A program made the translations under genes and the position numbers. From Eledone cirrhosa (lineage: Eukaryota), in assembly GCA_964016885.1 (NCBI GenBank), contig OZ024743.1:255998001-256062000 (forward strand): 64,000 nucleotides of DNA, in the 5' to 3' direction. The notes under the pieces are model-generated. The model was given only the letters and a program-made list of their open reading frames with translations, searched no databases and had not been told where the DNA came from. Below, piece by piece: positions 60,252-64,000 of this stretch (within the stretch, counting starts at the first letter, position 1; every line of letters starts with the position of its first letter).

Positions 60252-62690
60252 TGTAGTGACCTACATTCCGCGGGCTCACATACATTCTCTGTGCGTGATT
60301 TGGCTCAGCTCAGCCAATCAACACCAGTAGAAGAGGATGTATCCCTACGCGTCCTGGGGGAGAAATTCCCCGCGAAGATTTGAAGAATCTCTCTCTCGCA
60401 CCAGGAACTTCGAACCAGCAACACGTACAACATGTGACGGTGAGATTTTGCACCTTAGCCTGCCGGCTTTCCGGTGCAATGGCACATTCCCTTTTGTAAC
60501 CTCATTTTATGTGTAACTTCAACCATACAAGTTAACCAACATTATTTGTGCTGCAACAAAATAAACATACATTTCATCTCTAATTTCTGCTGTTGACATC
60601 ATTATTATGTTACTCGTGTCTCAATAACATTTATACACCATGCTGCTAAAATTGGTGACCTGACGTGAGGAATATTGTAAATACAAAAATGGTAAATAGA
60701 CGAGGGACCTTCCCTCACGTCTATGTCGATAAACAATCCAACTAGGATAAATCATTTTACCACACTGGTGACCGACGTAAGAATTTTACGCAGCCTTTTT
60801 ATTCAGTTGAACTTCACTGGTATTACCACGTTGCCAACCTTTTCGCAACTTACGAACATACAAAATATCCCTTTTAAAATTTTTAAAAAATTAGCAGTAT
60901 TTCAAAAACTTTTCGCCACGAGGAAATTTCAAAATGGCTACCGACAAGTCCTGTCTACAATCAACAACAACAACAACAGCAGCAACAACATTGTTTAACC
61001 ACTAACCAACAACAGGGAATAGTGATATGGCAGCTTCATAGCCTTACCGACGCAACCACCACACATCATATTGTTTACTTCTATGCTTTCACATGTATTT
61101 TCAAAATTATAGCCCGGAGATATCTTTTTTTTCTTTCAATACGGCTTCCTGCAATACAAACAAGCAACACAACCTTATGTCACACAAGGTGGCAGGACGG
61201 CAAAATGGCCACGAAAACTCTCAAAAACAATATATATCTAACCCCTAGTGGCATTAACAAACTTCTTTTTCAGTTTTAAGATAGAACTAGTGTCAGAAAG
61301 TCTGTACACTGGTGATGTGTGAACTATTTGACTTTGAAAAACTTTGAACTTATCATTGAGCATTAATTTCTCTGCTCCCTTATATTGACTTTGAATTATC
61401 AGTTTGTTACATTCACATATTTCTTTGTAAAAGGCATTTACTTGTTTTGTGCTCTTTTGCTGTTTGCTTGCTCATGGTTTTTATTCATTCACATTCTTTG
61501 CTGTTTTACATGCCTGCATATGCACACATTTCTTTGTCACCTACCAACATGTTGTTCTTAGTATATGTTCTTCAAACGTAATATTCTGCGAGATCCCTTT
61601 TCACCTGGTTGAGGTGCCGTCACATGCTAGCGACTCATAGAGCTTAATTCACCTGGATTCAGACAGGCACCCCAACACGAGAATGCTAATTGCAGCTGAA
61701 CTCAAACAGTTTCGCATCTCGTTGCACACTCATCGTCCATAACAACCTCCATCTTGTTATCTTACCCGACTCACTGGGAAAACAACAAATAGAGCTGGAC
61801 TTGTCAGCATTTCCACCACTTCTGTGGATTCGCCCGAATTATGGAATTTACACTGCAACCCACCTACAGATTCAGCTTGCTTTTTTTCTTTTCAAAGCAA
61901 CCAGCCATTTTTTCCTGGCTCCCTAGCACATTCGGCAATACATCTGGGAGGCCAAAGATTTCTCACCTACCCATCATCTTCTTGCCAGCACTGGTAAACT
62001 ACCATAATAGCTTCATCCACAGCTACTGTTACAACACTTACCATTAACATTTAATGCAAGAACAGCAACTTCGCCCATGTCCGACTTTATCCGTTTTCTG
62101 TTAGACCTTTGGTGGTCACGTATAAACTACAAAACAGCTAGTCATTTGACACAGCGGCTCAACACGGCCCTTAGCGCCTCATGTTGTTTCTTGCATGCAT
62201 CCTTCTGCTCAATTATTTTTTCACTGATGTGCTCTTTCAGCATTTGTTCTTGCTGATTCAATAATCTGTATCGACTTCCGTCTAGGAGGGGAGTATTGTA
62301 GTGACCTACATTCCGCGGGCTCACATACATTCTCTGTGCGTGATTTGGCTCAGCTCAGCCAATCAGCGCCAGTAGAAGAGGATGTATCCCTACGCGTCCT
62401 GAGGAAGAAATTCCCCGCGAAGATTTGAAGAATCTCTCTCTCGCACCAGGAACTTCGAACCAGCAACACGTACAACATGTGACGGTGAGATTTTGCACCT
62501 TAGCCTGCCGGCTTTCCGGCGCAATGGCACATTCCCTTTTGTAACCTCATTTTATGTGTAACTTCAACCATACAAGTTAACCAACATTATTTGTGCTACA
62601 ACAAAATAAACATACATTTCTAATTTCTGCTGTTGACATCATTATTATGTTACTCGTGTCTCAATAACATTTATACACCATGCTGCTAAA
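60252..62690 (+). mobile_element. Non-autonomous LTR retrotransposon (Gypsy-like ends) with GACC target-site duplication
   Basis: LTRs 60252-60650 and 62297-62690; PBS after LTR1; PPT AGGAGGGGAG 62284-62293; host ORF resumes in register. Confidence 0.93.
60652..60668 (+). promoter_or_regulatory. Primer-binding site, tRNA-Trp-like
   Basis: TGGTGACC-TGACGTGA versus TGGTGACCCCGACGTGA complementary to the eukaryotic tRNA-Trp 3' end. Confidence 0.75.
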
Positions 62691-64000
62691 GACCTATCAC
62701 ATGTCTGTCCATAATGTGGAAACTGTTAACAAGCATTGTGTCTGAGGAAATCTACCATCACCTCCACATAAACAACTTGATACAGGACGAACAGAAAGGA
62801 TGCTGAAAGAAGTCCCGTGGTACAAAAGACCAGTTACTTATTGATAAGATGGTAATGAGGAATTGCAAGAGGAGACACACTGGTTGTGCCATGCGATGGA
62901 TAGATTACAAAAAGGCATTCGACGTGGTACTTCATTCTTGGATAACCAAAAGCCTAGAGATCTTCAAGGTGGTAGATAACATCAGACAGTTGTTGAGAAA
63001 AAGTATGAAGTCCTGGGAAACAGAGTTAACATTGGGTGGAGAATCCTTGGGAGGCGTGAAGATCAGGAGAGGTATCTTCCAGGGAAATAGTTTGTGCCCT
63101 CTGTTGTTTGTCCTTGCCCTGATACTCCTGACCATTATACTGCGAAAAGTGAGAGCAGGATACAAGTTGGGAAAATGAGAGCTTACCATCAATCACCTCC
63201 TCTTCATGGACGATCTTAAACTCTTTGGGAAGTGTGAGAAGGAGTTGGATGTAATTGTTGACACTGCCCGTATTTTCAGCAATGATATATGTATGCAATT
63301 TGGAATTAATAAGTGTGGAGTCCTAGTGATGAAGAGGGGTAAATTGACCAAAAGCAACGGAATTCAGGTACCAACAGGTGAAGGAAATTGACTCTGAAGA
63401 AGGATACAAATATTTAGGTGTTCTGGAGGCAGATGACATCAAGAACAAAAAAATGAAGGAATCGATAAGATCTGAGTACATTAGGAGAGTAAGGAGCGTA
63501 TTAAAATCACATCTAAATAGTAGGAATGTCATAAGTGCAGTGAATTCCCGAGCTGTGTCTATTATTAGGTACAGTGTGGGAATTCTGAAATGGAATGTTG
63601 CTGAACAAAAAGAAATGGATACGAAGACAAGGAAGCTATTGACTATCTACAACATGTTCCACAAGAGGAGTGATGTCGATAGACTCTACTTAAAGAGATC
63701 TGAAGGTGGAAGAGGTCTTATCAGCATAGAGGACTGTGTTCAGATGGAGAAAAACAACCTGCACAAATACGTGACGGACAGTAGGGAGCCAATGCTTAGA
63801 ATTGTCCTGAAGGAGAGGACAATAGACCAGGGGATGTCCAAGGAGCAAATAACAAGAAGGAGGAAGAGCAACCTTCATGAAAAATCCCTTCATAGTACCT
63901 TCTTTAAAAAAACTGAATTTAGAGATCCACAGACATGGAACTGATTAAAAAGAGGAGACCTTAAAAAGGCTACAGAAGGAATGCTAATGGCTGCGCAAGA

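Larger units (their letters stand above)
58830..64000 (+). mobile_element. R4/Dong-like non-LTR retrotransposon, disrupted, split by an LTR element, runs off the window
   Basis: VMECY...GYRKRM, EPWWKKRL, YRQNRTF, NWKSPGPDG, NYRP|[45 protein letters not shown]; no APE domain. Confidence 0.88.

Overview
Eukaryotic, repeat-saturated DNA with no recognisable host gene. The SINE/RTE/microsatellite make-up suggests a coleoid cephalopod, probably Octopus (inference). Bases 1-24.3 kb are a head-to-tail, single-orientation (minus strand) array of nine copies or fragments (E0-E8, about 4 subfamilies) of an L1/Tx1-clade non-LTR retrotransposon. The copies lack poly(A) tails and are almost all separated by (GATA)n; one has a ~17-bp target-site duplication that includes GATA, so the element appears (GATA)n-target-specific. 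In all three copies that retain ORF1, the ORF1 stop codon overlaps a consensus splice donor (AG|GTAAGT, AG|GTAGGT). In all eight copies showing it, the ORF2 stop codon is a splice-acceptor-like TAG|GT. ORF2 therefore looks like one ~3.5-kb intron, and there is also a candidate 5'UTR intron. After a 200-N gap the window holds microsatellites and Penelope-like remnants, including fold-back structures with minimal hammerhead ribozymes and two GIY-YIG fragments. It also holds RTE LINEs with a PHD-like insert, tRNA-derived SINEs, piggyBac-like MITEs, and an R4/Dong-like LINE interrupted by a non-autonomous LTR element. Coordinates were read by eye and may be off by a few bases.
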